A DNA stretch of 64,000 nt from NCBI GenBank assembly GCA_049683875.1, contig JBAUJO010000165.1, positions 28-64,027 of the forward strand, in the 5' to 3' direction. Shown here piece after piece: positions 55,401 through 64,000 of this stretch. The stretch comes from Ornithinimicrobium sp. GTDB taxonomy: Bacteria; Actinomycetota; Actinomycetes; Actinomycetales; Dermatophilaceae. The notes below the pieces were generated by a model that had not been told where the DNA came from, did not search any database, and saw nothing but the letters and a program-made list of their open reading frames with translations. The translations under genes and the position numbers were made by a program. The number at the start of each line of letters is the position of its first letter. The first letter of the stretch is position 1.

Positions 55401-58151
55401 GATGACGAGCTCGACGTCACGCACGCTGAGCTCGTCCGCGTCGTTGAGCGAGACCGCACCGGTGACCTTGCCGGCGGACGCCAGGTCGCCGGCGGCTAGC
55501 TCCACCCAATGCAGCTCCTCACGGGGCCCGGCGACCGTGGCTGAGGCCACCTCGGTGCGCATCTTCACCTTGGCCTCGGACTTCGCCTTGCGCAGGCCGG
55601 CCAGGGCGCGTCCCACGACCTGCAGCATCCGAGGGTCAGCCCCGTCGGAGGCCGGCGCGAGCTCGGCGCTGGTCGGCCACGGCTGGGTGTGTACCGACTC
55701 GGTGTGCCACCACGACCAGACCTCCTCGCAGGCGAACACCAGCACCGGCGCCAGCAGGCGCATGTAGACGTCGAGCGCCACCTGCAGCGAGGCGACCGCA
55801 GAGGCGCTGGCGGCGCTGGCCGCCCTGACCTGGCTGTTCGCGCCACCTCTATCTCCGTGCTGGGGCCCCGCGTTGCCGTAGGCGCGTTCCTTGACCAGCT
55901 CGAGGTAGTTGTCGCAGAAGCCCCAGAACGACGTCTCGGTCAGCTCGAGCGCCTTGGTGTGGTCGAAGTCGTCGTAGGCTGCAGTGGCCGCCTCGACGAC
56001 CCGCGCCAGCCCGGCGATCATCGCCCGGTCCAACGGCTCGGTGATCCGTTGGACGAGCACGGGCAACGGCTCTGGGTCGGGAAGAGCGCCGTCGGCGTCC
56101 GCGCCCATGCTCAGCGCGAACCGGCTGGCGTTGAGGGCCTTGATGGCCAGGCGGCGGCCGACCTTCATCTGGCCCTCGTCATACGCGGCGTCCGTGCCCA
56201 GACGCCCGGATGCCGCCCAGTAGCGCACCCCGTCGGACCCGTGCGTGGCCAGGATCCCGTCGGGGGTCTGGGCCTGACCCTTGGACTTGCTCATCTTCTT
56301 GCGGTCCGGGTCCAGGATCCATCCGCTGATCCCGGCGTGCTTCCACGGCAGTGTGTCGTGCTCGTGATGGGAGCGCACCACCGAGGAGAACAACCACGTG
56401 CGGATGATGTCCTGCCCCTGCGGCCGCAGATCCATCGGGAAGATGGCCTCGAAGAGGGCGGTGTCGTTGCCCAGCTCCCTCTCCGCACGGCCCGCCACGG
56501 GCCAGCCCGCTGCGATCTGGGGCGTCAGCGACGAGGTCGCCCACGTGTCCATGATGTCGGGGTCGGCCACGAACCCTCCCGGCGCGCTGCGCTGCTCGGC
56601 ACTGTAGCCCGGCGGCACGTCGGTGCTCGGGTCCACCGGAAGCGCCTCCGGGGCAGGTGTGAGGCGCCGGTCGTAGTCGACTTCGCCCGACTCCGTGACG
56701 GCGTACCACAGCGGGATGGGGACACCGAAGAAGCGCTGCCGGCTGACCAGCCAGTCACCGTTGAGCCCGCCCACCCAGTTGCGGTAACGCGTGCGCATGA
56801 AGGCCGGGTGGAAGGCCAGCTCGTCACCGCGGCTGGTCAGGGCCTCGCGCAGGCTCGCGTCGCGCCCCCCGTTGCGGATGTACCACTGCCGGGTGGTGAC
56901 GATCTCCAGGGGCTTGTCGCCCTTCTCGAAGAAGTTCGCCTTGCGCTGTGTCTTCACGGGCTCGCCGTCGAGGTCACCGGACTCGCGCAGCGCTGCGACG
57001 ATCTGCTCCCGGGCGCTGAAGGTGGTCTTGCCGGCCAGCGAGGCGGCATACAGGTCGGCTCCGGGGCCCCCGGCGACCCATTCCGGGGTCTCGGGCTGCA
57101 TCCGGCCGTTCCGGGTGATCACCGACCGGGTCGGCAGGTCGAGCTCACGCCACCACTGGACGTCGGTGAGGTCACCGAAGGTGCAGCACATCGCGATGCC
57201 GGCACCCTTGTCCCGCTCCGCGGCGGGGTGCGCGAGCACCGGGATCTCGATCCCGAACAGCGGGGAGGTCACCGACGTGCCGAACAACGGCTGGTAGCGC
57301 TCGTCGTCCGGATGGGCGATGAGGGCCACGACCGCCGGGATCAGCTCGGGCCGGGTGGTCTCGATGTGGATCGGTTGACGGGGACCCGCGTCGCCATTCT
57401 TCCGGTGAAACGCCACCCGGTGGTAGGCGCCCGGGTAGTCACGCGCCTCGAGCTCGGCCTGGGCCACCGCCGTTTGGAAGGTGACGTCCCACAGACCGGG
57501 GGCATGGGCCTGGTAGGCCTCTCCTCGCTCGAGGTTGCGCAGGAATGCCTGCTGCGAGACGGCCCGCGAGCGTTCGTCGATGGTGCGGTAGGAAAGCGAC
57601 CAGTCGACGGACAGGCCCAGCGTGCGCCAGAGGCTCTCGAACTTCTCTTCGTCGACCACCGTCAGCTCGTTGCACAGCTCGATGAAGTTGGCCCGTGAGA
57701 TGGGCTGCTGGTCTCCCATCCGAGGAGCCTTGGCCGAGGTGTCCTCACTTCCTCGTGACGGCGGCTCGAAGTGCGGGTCGTAGGCGGCACCGGCGTCGCC
57801 GCGGACACCGTAGTAGTTCTGCACCCGGCGCTCGGTGGGAAGCCCGTTGTCGTCCCATCCCATCGGGTAGAACACGACGGAGCCGCTCATCCGCTTGTAC
57901 CGGGCCAGGCAGTCGGTGTGGGTGTAGGAGAAGACATGTCCCACGTGCAAGGAGCCGCTCGCGGTCGGTGGCGGGGTGTCGATGGCGAAGACGTCATCCC
58001 GCTCGGCCGACAGCGCGGCCTCGCGGTCGAATCCGTACGTGTTCTGCTCGGCCCAAAAGCCAGACCACTTCTCCTCCAGCCCGTCGACCGAGGGTCGTTC
58101 GGGCAGGGCGATGGCGCGTAGCGTCGTCGGTCGTGGGGCGGATGTGGTCAT
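55395..58151 (-). CDS. valS: valine--tRNA ligase
   Basis: In frame with ORF 55395..58208, trimmed to ATG 58151 (MTTSAPRPTT). Blocks are PPPTASGSLHVGHVFSY (HIGH), an editing domain, and KMSKSKG. Confidence 0.95.
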   Translation of the reverse strand: MTTSAPRPTTLRAIALPERPSVDGLEEKWSGFWAEQNTYGFDREAALSAERDDVFAIDTPPPTASGSLHVGHVFSYTHTDCLARYKRMSGSVVFYPMGWDDNGLPTERRVQNYYGVRGDAGAAYDPHFEPPSRGSEDTSAKAPRMGDQQPISRANFIELCNELTVVDEEKFESLWRTLGLSVDWSLSYRTIDERSRAVSQQAFLRNLERGEAYQAHAPGLWDVTFQTAVAQAELEARDYPGAYHRVAFHRKNGDAGPRQPIHIETTRPELIPAVVALIAHPDDERYQPLFGTSVTSPLFGIEIPVLAHPAAERDKGAGIAMCCTFGDLTDVQWWRELDLPTRSVITRNGRMQPETPEWVAGGPGADLYAASLAGKTTFSAREQIVAALRESGDLDGEPVKTQRKANFFEKGDKPLEIVTTRQWYIRNGGRDASLREALTSRGDELAFHPAFMRTRYRNWVGGLNGDWLVSRQRFFGVPIPLWYAVTESGEVDYDRRLTPAPEALPVDPSTDVPPGYSAEQRSAPGGFVADPDIMDTWATSSLTPQIAAGWPVAGRAERELGNDTALFEAIFPMDLRPQGQDIIRTWLFSSVVRSHHEHDTLPWKHAGISGWILDPDRKKMSKSKGQAQTPDGILATHGSDGVRYWAASGRLGTDAAYDEGQMKVGRRLAIKALNASRFALSMGADADGALPDPEPLPVLVQRITEPLDRAMIAGLARVVEAATAAYDDFDHTKALELTETSFWGFCDNYLELVKERAYGNAGPQHGDRGGANSQVRAASAASASAVASLQVALDVYMRLLAPVLVFACEEVWSWWHTESVHTQPWPTSAELAPASDGADPRMLQVVGRALAGLRKAKSEAKVKMRTEVASATVAGPREELHWVELAAGDLASAGKVTGAVSLNDADELSVRDVELVIL

Positions 58152-58328
58152 AGGTGAAGTGTCCCAGATCGGTCGCGCACGAAGCGTTTCGCCCGCCCGG
58201 ACACGCATCAGAGGTGACCAAGGAACGACGCTCAGGTGAACACGGGGGTTCCCAGGGGCAGGTCACAGTTTGGTAAAGACTGCGTGTAAACGCTTGTCCA
58301 CCGGGGTCACAGACGGTCCTATTGCCGC

Positions 58329-59909
58329 ATGTTGACTACACCCCTGATCCTGCCAATGCAGGACGAAGTGGAGCCCACAGGGTTCTTCGCCACCCTCGAC
58401 TCGGCCGTGAACAGCGTGTTCGCGCCCTTCAACAAGGCCGTCGCGGACGTTGTGTTCTGGTCGCCGAGCTTCTTCCCCATGCCGTGGATCGTGGCGTGGC
58501 TGCTCGCGGCCGCTCTCATCATCACCTTCTACCTCGGCTTCATCCAGGTCCGCGGAATCAAGACGGCCTTCGAGGTCGTCCGCGGCAAGTTCTCCTCCCC
58601 AGACGACCCGGGTGAGATCCCCCACTACCAGGCGCTCACCTCTGCCGTCTCCGGCACGGTCGGCCTGGGCAACATCGCCGGTGTCGGTGTCGCCGTCACC
58701 CTCGGTGGCCCCGGGGCCACGTTCTGGATGGTGCTCGCCGGCTTGTTCGGCATGGCTACCAAGTTCGCCGAGTGCACGCTCGGCGTGAAGTACCGCACCG
58801 TCTACGACGACGGCACCGTCTCCGGTGGCCCGTTCAAGTACCTGCCCATCGCCTTCAACAAGTTCCCCAAGTTCATCGCGACCTTCCTCACCGGTCTGTT
58901 CGCCGTCTCCATCTTCTTCTTCGGCGTCGGCGGCGGGAACATGTTCCAGGCCAACCAGACCTACTCCCAGGCGGTTGAGGTCACCGGCGGCCCGGACGAG
59001 AGCTTCATGGCCAACTCCGCCGGTGCCATCATCTTCGGCCTGATCCTGGCCACGATCATCGGCCTGGTCATCCTCGGCGGGATCAAGTCCATCGGAAAGG
59101 TCACCTCGACGCTCGTGCCGTTCATGGGTGGGGTCTACGTCCTGGCCTGCCTCATCGTCATTCTCGGCAACGTCACCGAGATCCCCGCGGCCATCGGCAC
59201 CATCATCACGGGAGCGTTCAGCCCCGACGCCCTGACCGGCGGGTTCATCGGCGTGTTGATCGTCGGGCTGCAGCGTGCGGCGTTCTCCAACGAGGCGGGC
59301 CTGGGCTCGGCTCCGATCGCTCACTCCGCCGTCAAGACTCGCCGGCCGGTCTCCGAGGGGTTCGTGGCTCTGTTCGAGCCCTTCATCGACACCGTCATCA
59401 TCTGCTCGATGACGGCGCTGGCCATCATCATCGCGGACACCCCGTTCTGGAACGACACCCGCGAGCAGCTGTCTCAGGACAGCACCTACGACTACGGCGG
59501 TGGCGTTGCGGTGACCTCGAACGCCTTCGAGAGCGTCATCCCGTGGTTCCCCTACGTGCTGGCCGTCGCGGTCGCGCTGTTCGCCGTGTCGACGCTGATC
59601 ACCTGGTCGTACTACGGCAACAAGGCGTTCAGCTACCTCTTCGGTGAGGGCAAGACCAAGGACATCATCTACCGCTGCATCTTCTTGACCCTGACCGTCG
59701 CCGGGTGTGTGCTTAGTTTCGCCGAGGTGCTGGGCATTGCAGACTCGTTCCTGTTCGTCTGTGGCTTCGTCAACCTGCTGGGCGTGTACTTCCTGCTCCC
59801 CACGATCAAGCGGGAGATGAACGAGTACCTCGCTGACCGTAAGAGCGGCAAGCTCTACCAGCTGGGCAAGGCCGACGGCGACAAGGACATCGCTGCCGAC
59901 CAGATCTGA
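58329..59909 (+). CDS. alanine/glycine:cation symporter (AGCS family)
   Basis: ORF 58329..59909 (526 aa). The block ALTSAVSGTVGLGNIAGVGVAVTLGGPGATFWMVLAGLFGMATKFAECTLGVKYR is the AGCS signature. An alternative ATG lies at 58356. Confidence 0.9.
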   Translation: MLTTPLILPMQDEVEPTGFFATLDSAVNSVFAPFNKAVADVVFWSPSFFPMPWIVAWLLAAALIITFYLGFIQVRGIKTAFEVVRGKFSSPDDPGEIPHYQALTSAVSGTVGLGNIAGVGVAVTLGGPGATFWMVLAGLFGMATKFAECTLGVKYRTVYDDGTVSGGPFKYLPIAFNKFPKFIATFLTGLFAVSIFFFGVGGGNMFQANQTYSQAVEVTGGPDESFMANSAGAIIFGLILATIIGLVILGGIKSIGKVTSTLVPFMGGVYVLACLIVILGNVTEIPAAIGTIITGAFSPDALTGGFIGVLIVGLQRAAFSNEAGLGSAPIAHSAVKTRRPVSEGFVALFEPFIDTVIICSMTALAIIIADTPFWNDTREQLSQDSTYDYGGGVAVTSNAFESVIPWFPYVLAVAVALFAVSTLITWSYYGNKAFSYLFGEGKTKDIIYRCIFLTLTVAGCVLSFAEVLGIADSFLFVCGFVNLLGVYFLLPTIKREMNEYLADRKSGKLYQLGKADGDKDIAADQI

Positions 59910-59952
59910 TCCCTCAGGTCGTCGGTAGGCTCCTCAGGGAGTCAACATCGAA

Positions 59953-59990
59953 GGGGCTGGGACCGCCACACGGCGGCTCCCGGCCCCTTT
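59953..59990 (+). terminator. rho-independent terminator after the AGCS symporter gene
   Basis: GGGGCTGGGACCGCC-ACAC-GGCGG(C)TCCCGGCCCC forms a stem of about 15 bp with one bulge, followed by TTTGGTGTG. Confidence 0.6.
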
Positions 59991-60039
59991 GGTGTGCGCC
60001 CCGGCCGGTGTGGTGTGTGCCCTGCGGGGCCTGGGGCTA

Positions 60040-60308
60040 TACGATGACCAGCGCAGGCACCGACCCGGCCATCACCGGTGAGCCTTCCGGAAGAACCGGT
60101 GCGACGGCAGAGGCCATGATCGCCGCGCATCTCACTAGACCCGGACGTACGGGCGACGACACCGCCTAGGGCCAGAGCGGTCGGTGCGCGCCTGTTGGGG
60201 GCACCGGCAAGCGAGGTGGCACCGCGGCGTACGCGTCGTCCTCGTGGCACGAGCACCACCAGGAGCAGCAGCCACGAAGTCCATGACCGTACCGCCAGGA
60301 GTACACCG
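60040..60308 (+). promoter_or_regulatory. T-box leader of ileS (translational type expected in Actinomycetota)
   Basis: The T-box sequence GGTGGCACCGCGG lies at 60215-60227. It can fold as GCGA/TCGT plus a bulge plus CGCG-GCGTA-CGCG (antiterminator-like). A GA-motif-like CGATGA lies at 60042-60047. AUC triplets lie at 60071, 60119 and 60129. The SD AGGAG at 60296-60300 sits 8 nt before ATG 60309. The 5' boundary is approximate. Confidence 0.6.
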
Positions 60309-63300
60309 ATGACCTACCCCCGTGCCAGCACGACTGGTTCGTCCTCGCTGACCGCCTCGCCCCGTCTGCCCGACATCGAGCGTGCTGTGCTCGACTACTG
60401 GGACGAGCACCAGACGTTCGTCGCGAGCGTCGAACAGCGGGAGGCGGGCACGACCGGTGACAACGAGTACGTCTTCTACGACGGGCCGCCCTTCGCCAAC
60501 GGCCTGCCCCACTACGGCCACCTGCTCACCGGCTACGTCAAGGATGTCGTGCCGCGCTACCAGAGCATGCGGGGGCGCCGCGTGGAGCGCCGGTTCGGTT
60601 GGGACACCCACGGGCTGCCCGCCGAGCTGGAGGCAATGAGCCAGCTCGGGATCAAGACCAAGGACGAGATCGTCGAGCTCGGGATCGAGGAGTTCAACGC
60701 CAAGTGCCGGGAGTCGGTGCTGAAGTACACCGACGAGTGGCGCGACTACGTCACCCGCCAGGCGCGTTGGGTCGACTTCGACCACGACTACAAGACCCTG
60801 AACCCGGACTACATGGAGTCGGTGATCTGGGCCTTCAAGGAGCTGTACGACAAGGGCCTGGTCTACGAGGGCTTCCGGGTGCTGCCGTACTGCTGGAACG
60901 ACCAGACGCCCCTGTCCAACCACGAGCTGCGCATGGATGACGACGTCTACCAGATGCGCCAGGACCCAGCGGTCACGGTCGGGCTGCCCATCGACTCCAC
61001 TGACGAGCTCGACGGTGCGCTGCTGTTGATCTGGACGACCACGCCCTGGACGCTGCCCGCCAACCTGCTCGTCATGGTCGACCCCGAGGTGGAGTACCTC
61101 GTCGTGCGGCGCGAGGAGGACGACGCGTCGGGTCAGCGCTACGTGATCGCGGCAGCGCGGCTGAGCGCATACGCCAGAGAGCTGGGTCAGGAGCCTGAGG
61201 TGGTGCAGCGGCTCACCGGCGCGGACCTGATTGGGCACTCCTACGTGCCGCCGTTCGACTACTACGCCGGGCACGAAGGTGCTCATCGGGTCGTCGAGGC
61301 CGACTTCGTCACCACCACGGACGGTACGGGTTTGGTGCACAGCGCAGGCGCCTTCGGTGAGGAGGACAAGGAGGTCACCGACCGCGAGGGGATCGAGCCG
61401 GTGATGCCGGTAGGGCCGGACGGGGCGTTCCATGCTCCGGTGGAGCAGTACGCCGGGATGCTGGTCTTCGACGCGAACACCGCGATCATCGACCACCTCA
61501 AGGCGGCCACCCGGGGGGCCGGCGAGATCGGAGCGGTCAGCGCCGGCACGGTGCTGCTGCGGCACGAGACCTACGACCACTCCTACCCGCACTGCTGGCG
61601 TTGTCGTCAGCCACTGATCTACAAGGCGGTCTCGAGCTGGTTCGTCGCGGTCACCGCGTTCAAGGACCGGATGGTCGAGCTGAACGACCGGATCACCTGG
61701 GTGCCCGAGCACATCAGGGACGGCCAGTTCGGCAAGTGGCTGTCCAACGCCCGCGACTGGTCCATCTCGCGGAACCGTTTCTGGGGCAGTCCCATCCCGG
61801 TCTGGCGCAGCGACGACCCGGCCTACCCGCGCCTGGACGTCTACGGCTCCTTCGCCGAGCTCGAGCGTGACTTCGGTGCGCTGCCGCGTGGCGAGGGCGG
61901 CGAGCCGGACCTGCACCGGCCATTCGTGGACCAGCTGACCCGCCCCAACCCGGACGACCCGCGCCCGGGGGGCCAGCGCTCGCAGATGCGGCGGGTCGAA
62001 GACGTGCTCGACGTGTGGTTCGACTCCGGCTCGATGAGCTTCGCTCAGGTGCACTACCCGTTCGAGAACACCGAATGGTTCGAGCACCACTTCCCGGCCG
62101 ACTTCATCGTGGAGTACATCGGGCAGACGCGTGGGTGGTTCTACACCCTGCACATCCTGGCCACCGCGCTGTTCGACCGCCCGGCCTTCTCGACCTGCCT
62201 CAGCCACGGGATCGTCCTCGGCAACGACGGCCAGAAGATGAGCAAGTCGCTGGGCAACTACCCCGACGTCCGTGAGGTCTTCGACCGCGACGGGGCCGAC
62301 GCGATGCGCTGGTTCCTCATGTCCTCTCCCATCCTGCGCGGCGGCAACCTCATCGTGACCGAGCAGGGGATCCGCGACGAGGTGCGCCAGGTGCTGCTCC
62401 CGCTGTGGAACGCCTGGTACTTCTTCGCGCTCTACGCCAACGCAGCCGGTGGGGTGGACGCGCCTTCAGGGCCAGCAACAGGCGCCTATACGGCGGAGTG
62501 GTCGACATCCTCGGAGCACCGGCTGGACCGGTACCTGCTGGCCGAGACGCGTGAGCTCATCGAGCAGGTGCAGTCGCGGATGGACGCCTCCGACATCGCA
62601 GGCGCCTGCGCGTACGTCCGCGCCCACGTGGACGTCCTGACCAACTGGTACATCCGGCGCTCCCGGGCACGCTTCTGGGGCTCGGAGCGCCAGGAGACTG
62701 AGGCGGCCTTCGACACGCTGTACACCTCTTTGGAGGTCACCTGCCGGGTGGCGGCGCCGCTGCTCCCGCTGATGGCCGAGGAGGTGTGGCGCGGGCTCAC
62801 CGGTGGCGAGTCGGTGCATCTGACCGATTGGCCGCACCCCCAGGACCTGCCCGCCGAGCCAGATCTCGTGGCCTCGATGAACGTGGCTCGCGAGGTGTGC
62901 TCGACCACGTCCGCGCTGCGCAAGTCGGAGCAGCTTCGTGTGCGCCTGCCGCTGTCGCGGCTGACCGTGGTCACGCCGATGGCCGATGGCCTGCTCGACC
63001 TGGCCGACATCATCCGCGAGGAGGTCAACGTCCGCGAGGTCTACGTGCTGGCCGTGGATGACCCGGCGGCCGAGGTCTTCGGAGTGCAGCAGCGACTGAC
63101 GGTCAACGCGCGCGTCGCCGGCCCACGCCTGGGCAAGGACGTGCAGCGGGCCATCAAAGGCGCCAAGAGCGGTGACTGGTCGGTCGGTGCCGACGGCACG
63201 GTGCAGGCCGGAGGTCTGGAGCTGAACGAGGAGGAGTACGTGCTCGATACGGTGATGCAGGACGCGACCGACGCTGTGCCGTCGCAGGCAAGCGAGCGCT

Positions 63301-63746
63301 CGGCGCTGGAGGACCTGCAACAGATCACCGAACGGGTGGGTCCGCTCGCGGCCCCACCCGACGCGGACCACCCGCAAACCAGCCAGGCGACCGCCACTCT
63401 GCCCACCGGCGGCTTCGTGGTGCTCAACACCACGGTCACCCCGGACCTGGCACGTGAGGGGCTGGCGCGAGACCTGGTGCGCGCGGTGCAGCATGCTCGC
63501 CGGGAGGCCGCGTTGGACGTCTCGGACCGGATCAGTCTGACCGTCGTGGGCGACGAGGAGGTCTGGCAGGCGGCGTTGGAGCATCAGAAGCTGTTGATGT
63601 CCGAGACCCTGGCGGTGCAGTTCGGCGCCGCCGGCCCGGGAACCCCGATGCCCGACCCCAGCACCGTCCCCGGCCGGTACCACTCGCAGGCGAGCCTCGA
63701 CGGTGGGCGCCAGGTGGAGATGCTGATCGCGAAGGTGGCCTCATGA
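60309..63746 (+). CDS. ileS: isoleucine--tRNA ligase (type 2)
   Basis: In frame with ORF 60195..63746, starting at ATG 60309 ([10 protein letters not shown]). Blocks are [16 protein letters not shown] (HIGH), the CP1 editing domain [11 protein letters not shown], and KMSKSLGN. Length is 1145 aa. Confidence 0.95.
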   Translation: MTYPRASTTGSSSLTASPRLPDIERAVLDYWDEHQTFVASVEQREAGTTGDNEYVFYDGPPFANGLPHYGHLLTGYVKDVVPRYQSMRGRRVERRFGWDTHGLPAELEAMSQLGIKTKDEIVELGIEEFNAKCRESVLKYTDEWRDYVTRQARWVDFDHDYKTLNPDYMESVIWAFKELYDKGLVYEGFRVLPYCWNDQTPLSNHELRMDDDVYQMRQDPAVTVGLPIDSTDELDGALLLIWTTTPWTLPANLLVMVDPEVEYLVVRREEDDASGQRYVIAAARLSAYARELGQEPEVVQRLTGADLIGHSYVPPFDYYAGHEGAHRVVEADFVTTTDGTGLVHSAGAFGEEDKEVTDREGIEPVMPVGPDGAFHAPVEQYAGMLVFDANTAIIDHLKAATRGAGEIGAVSAGTVLLRHETYDHSYPHCWRCRQPLIYKAVSSWFVAVTAFKDRMVELNDRITWVPEHIRDGQFGKWLSNARDWSISRNRFWGSPIPVWRSDDPAYPRLDVYGSFAELERDFGALPRGEGGEPDLHRPFVDQLTRPNPDDPRPGGQRSQMRRVEDVLDVWFDSGSMSFAQVHYPFENTEWFEHHFPADFIVEYIGQTRGWFYTLHILATALFDRPAFSTCLSHGIVLGNDGQKMSKSLGNYPDVREVFDRDGADAMRWFLMSSPILRGGNLIVTEQGIRDEVRQVLLPLWNAWYFFALYANAAGGVDAPSGPATGAYTAEWSTSSEHRLDRYLLAETRELIEQVQSRMDASDIAGACAYVRAHVDVLTNWYIRRSRARFWGSERQETEAAFDTLYTSLEVTCRVAAPLLPLMAEEVWRGLTGGESVHLTDWPHPQDLPAEPDLVASMNVAREVCSTTSALRKSEQLRVRLPLSRLTVVTPMADGLLDLADIIREEVNVREVYVLAVDDPAAEVFGVQQRLTVNARVAGPRLGKDVQRAIKGAKSGDWSVGADGTVQAGGLELNEEEYVLDTVMQDATDAVPSQASERSALEDLQQITERVGPLAAPPDADHPQTSQATATLPTGGFVVLNTTVTPDLAREGLARDLVRAVQHARREAALDVSDRISLTVVGDEEVWQAALEHQKLLMSETLAVQFGAAGPGTPMPDPSTVPGRYHSQASLDGGRQVEMLIAKVAS

Positions 63747-64000
63747 GCGTGGGCACCGACGACCTGGAGCTGCGGATGGCGCTGGTCACCGAGGAGATCC
63801 TGCAGCGATCCCCGGAGAACATCGTCGAGCCGACCCTGAGCCGAGTGGCTCGAGTGATGGACCTCATGGGCAACCCGCAGCACACCTTCGGGGTGGTCCA
63901 CCTGACGGGAACCAACGGCAAGACGTCGACCACGCGGATGGTGGAGCGGCTGCTTCGGGAGATGGGCCTGAACACCGGCCGCTTCACCAGCCCCCACCTG
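63743..64000 (+). CDS. folC: folylpolyglutamate synthase / dihydrofolate synthase, N-terminal fragment (cut by window edge)
   Basis: Own translation from ATG 63743 (ATGA overlap with the ileS stop): [71 protein letters not shown]. The P-loop is GTNGKTST. Confidence 0.85.
   Translation, partial: MSVGTDDLELRMALVTEEILQRSPENIVEPTLSRVARVMDLMGNPQHTFGVVHLTGTNGKTSTTRMVERLLREMGLNTGRFTSPHL

Noticed and set aside
58209-58328. A glycine riboswitch was expected upstream of the alanine/glycine:cation symporter.
   Set aside because: I could not find the conserved GGAGAG...CACCGAAGGGGCAA...CTCAGGCAAAAGGAC type blocks. Only a fortuitous CTCAGG is present. A cmscan with RF00504 would settle it.

Overview
This is a 64-kb chromosomal segment of about 70% GC (hand-estimated) from an actinobacterium. 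Lineage markers are the clpP1-clpP2 tandem, an ileS T-box leader, IdeR-type and ClgR-type boxes, and F420/mycothiol-type enzymes. I call 58 protein-coding genes (two cut by the window edges) and 3 tRNAs (Arg-TCT, Gly-TCC, Pro-TGG). I found no rRNA, CRISPR array, transposase or integrase. The backbone is the conserved housekeeping block pepN-rpiB-(tRNAs)-tig-clpP1P2-clpX-valS-ileS-folC. Upstream of it lie orn, a PrsW protease, an enterobacterial-type bifunctional tyrA, two TetR-controlled loci, a pair of large GTPases, ettA and an 8.7-kb form-II CODH-like molybdoenzyme cluster (mocA-like, coxD/E/F-like, coxS-L-M-G). Thioesterases, alpha-glucan genes (GH13 glucosidase, malQ), trHbO, MscS and several transporters follow. 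An iron-siderophore ABC operon with an IdeR box sits between tig and clpP1. The best candidates for undescribed biology are: (i) the translationally coupled, membrane-anchored GTPase pair at 5814-9220; (ii) a low-GC patch spanning a lipoprotein gene and a PKD-like secreted-protein gene at 26985-28521; (iii) a Vps62-like membrane protein abutting rpiB at 41106-42875; and (iv) the form-II molybdoenzyme, whose substrate is unknown. Nothing here has the hallmarks of a known defence or mobile system. All functional calls rest on by-eye motif recognition of the supplied translations, and no database search was run. Many long ORFs in the track are high-GC shadow frames or N-terminal over-extensions, so I trimmed starts where a better start, RBS or overlap was visible.
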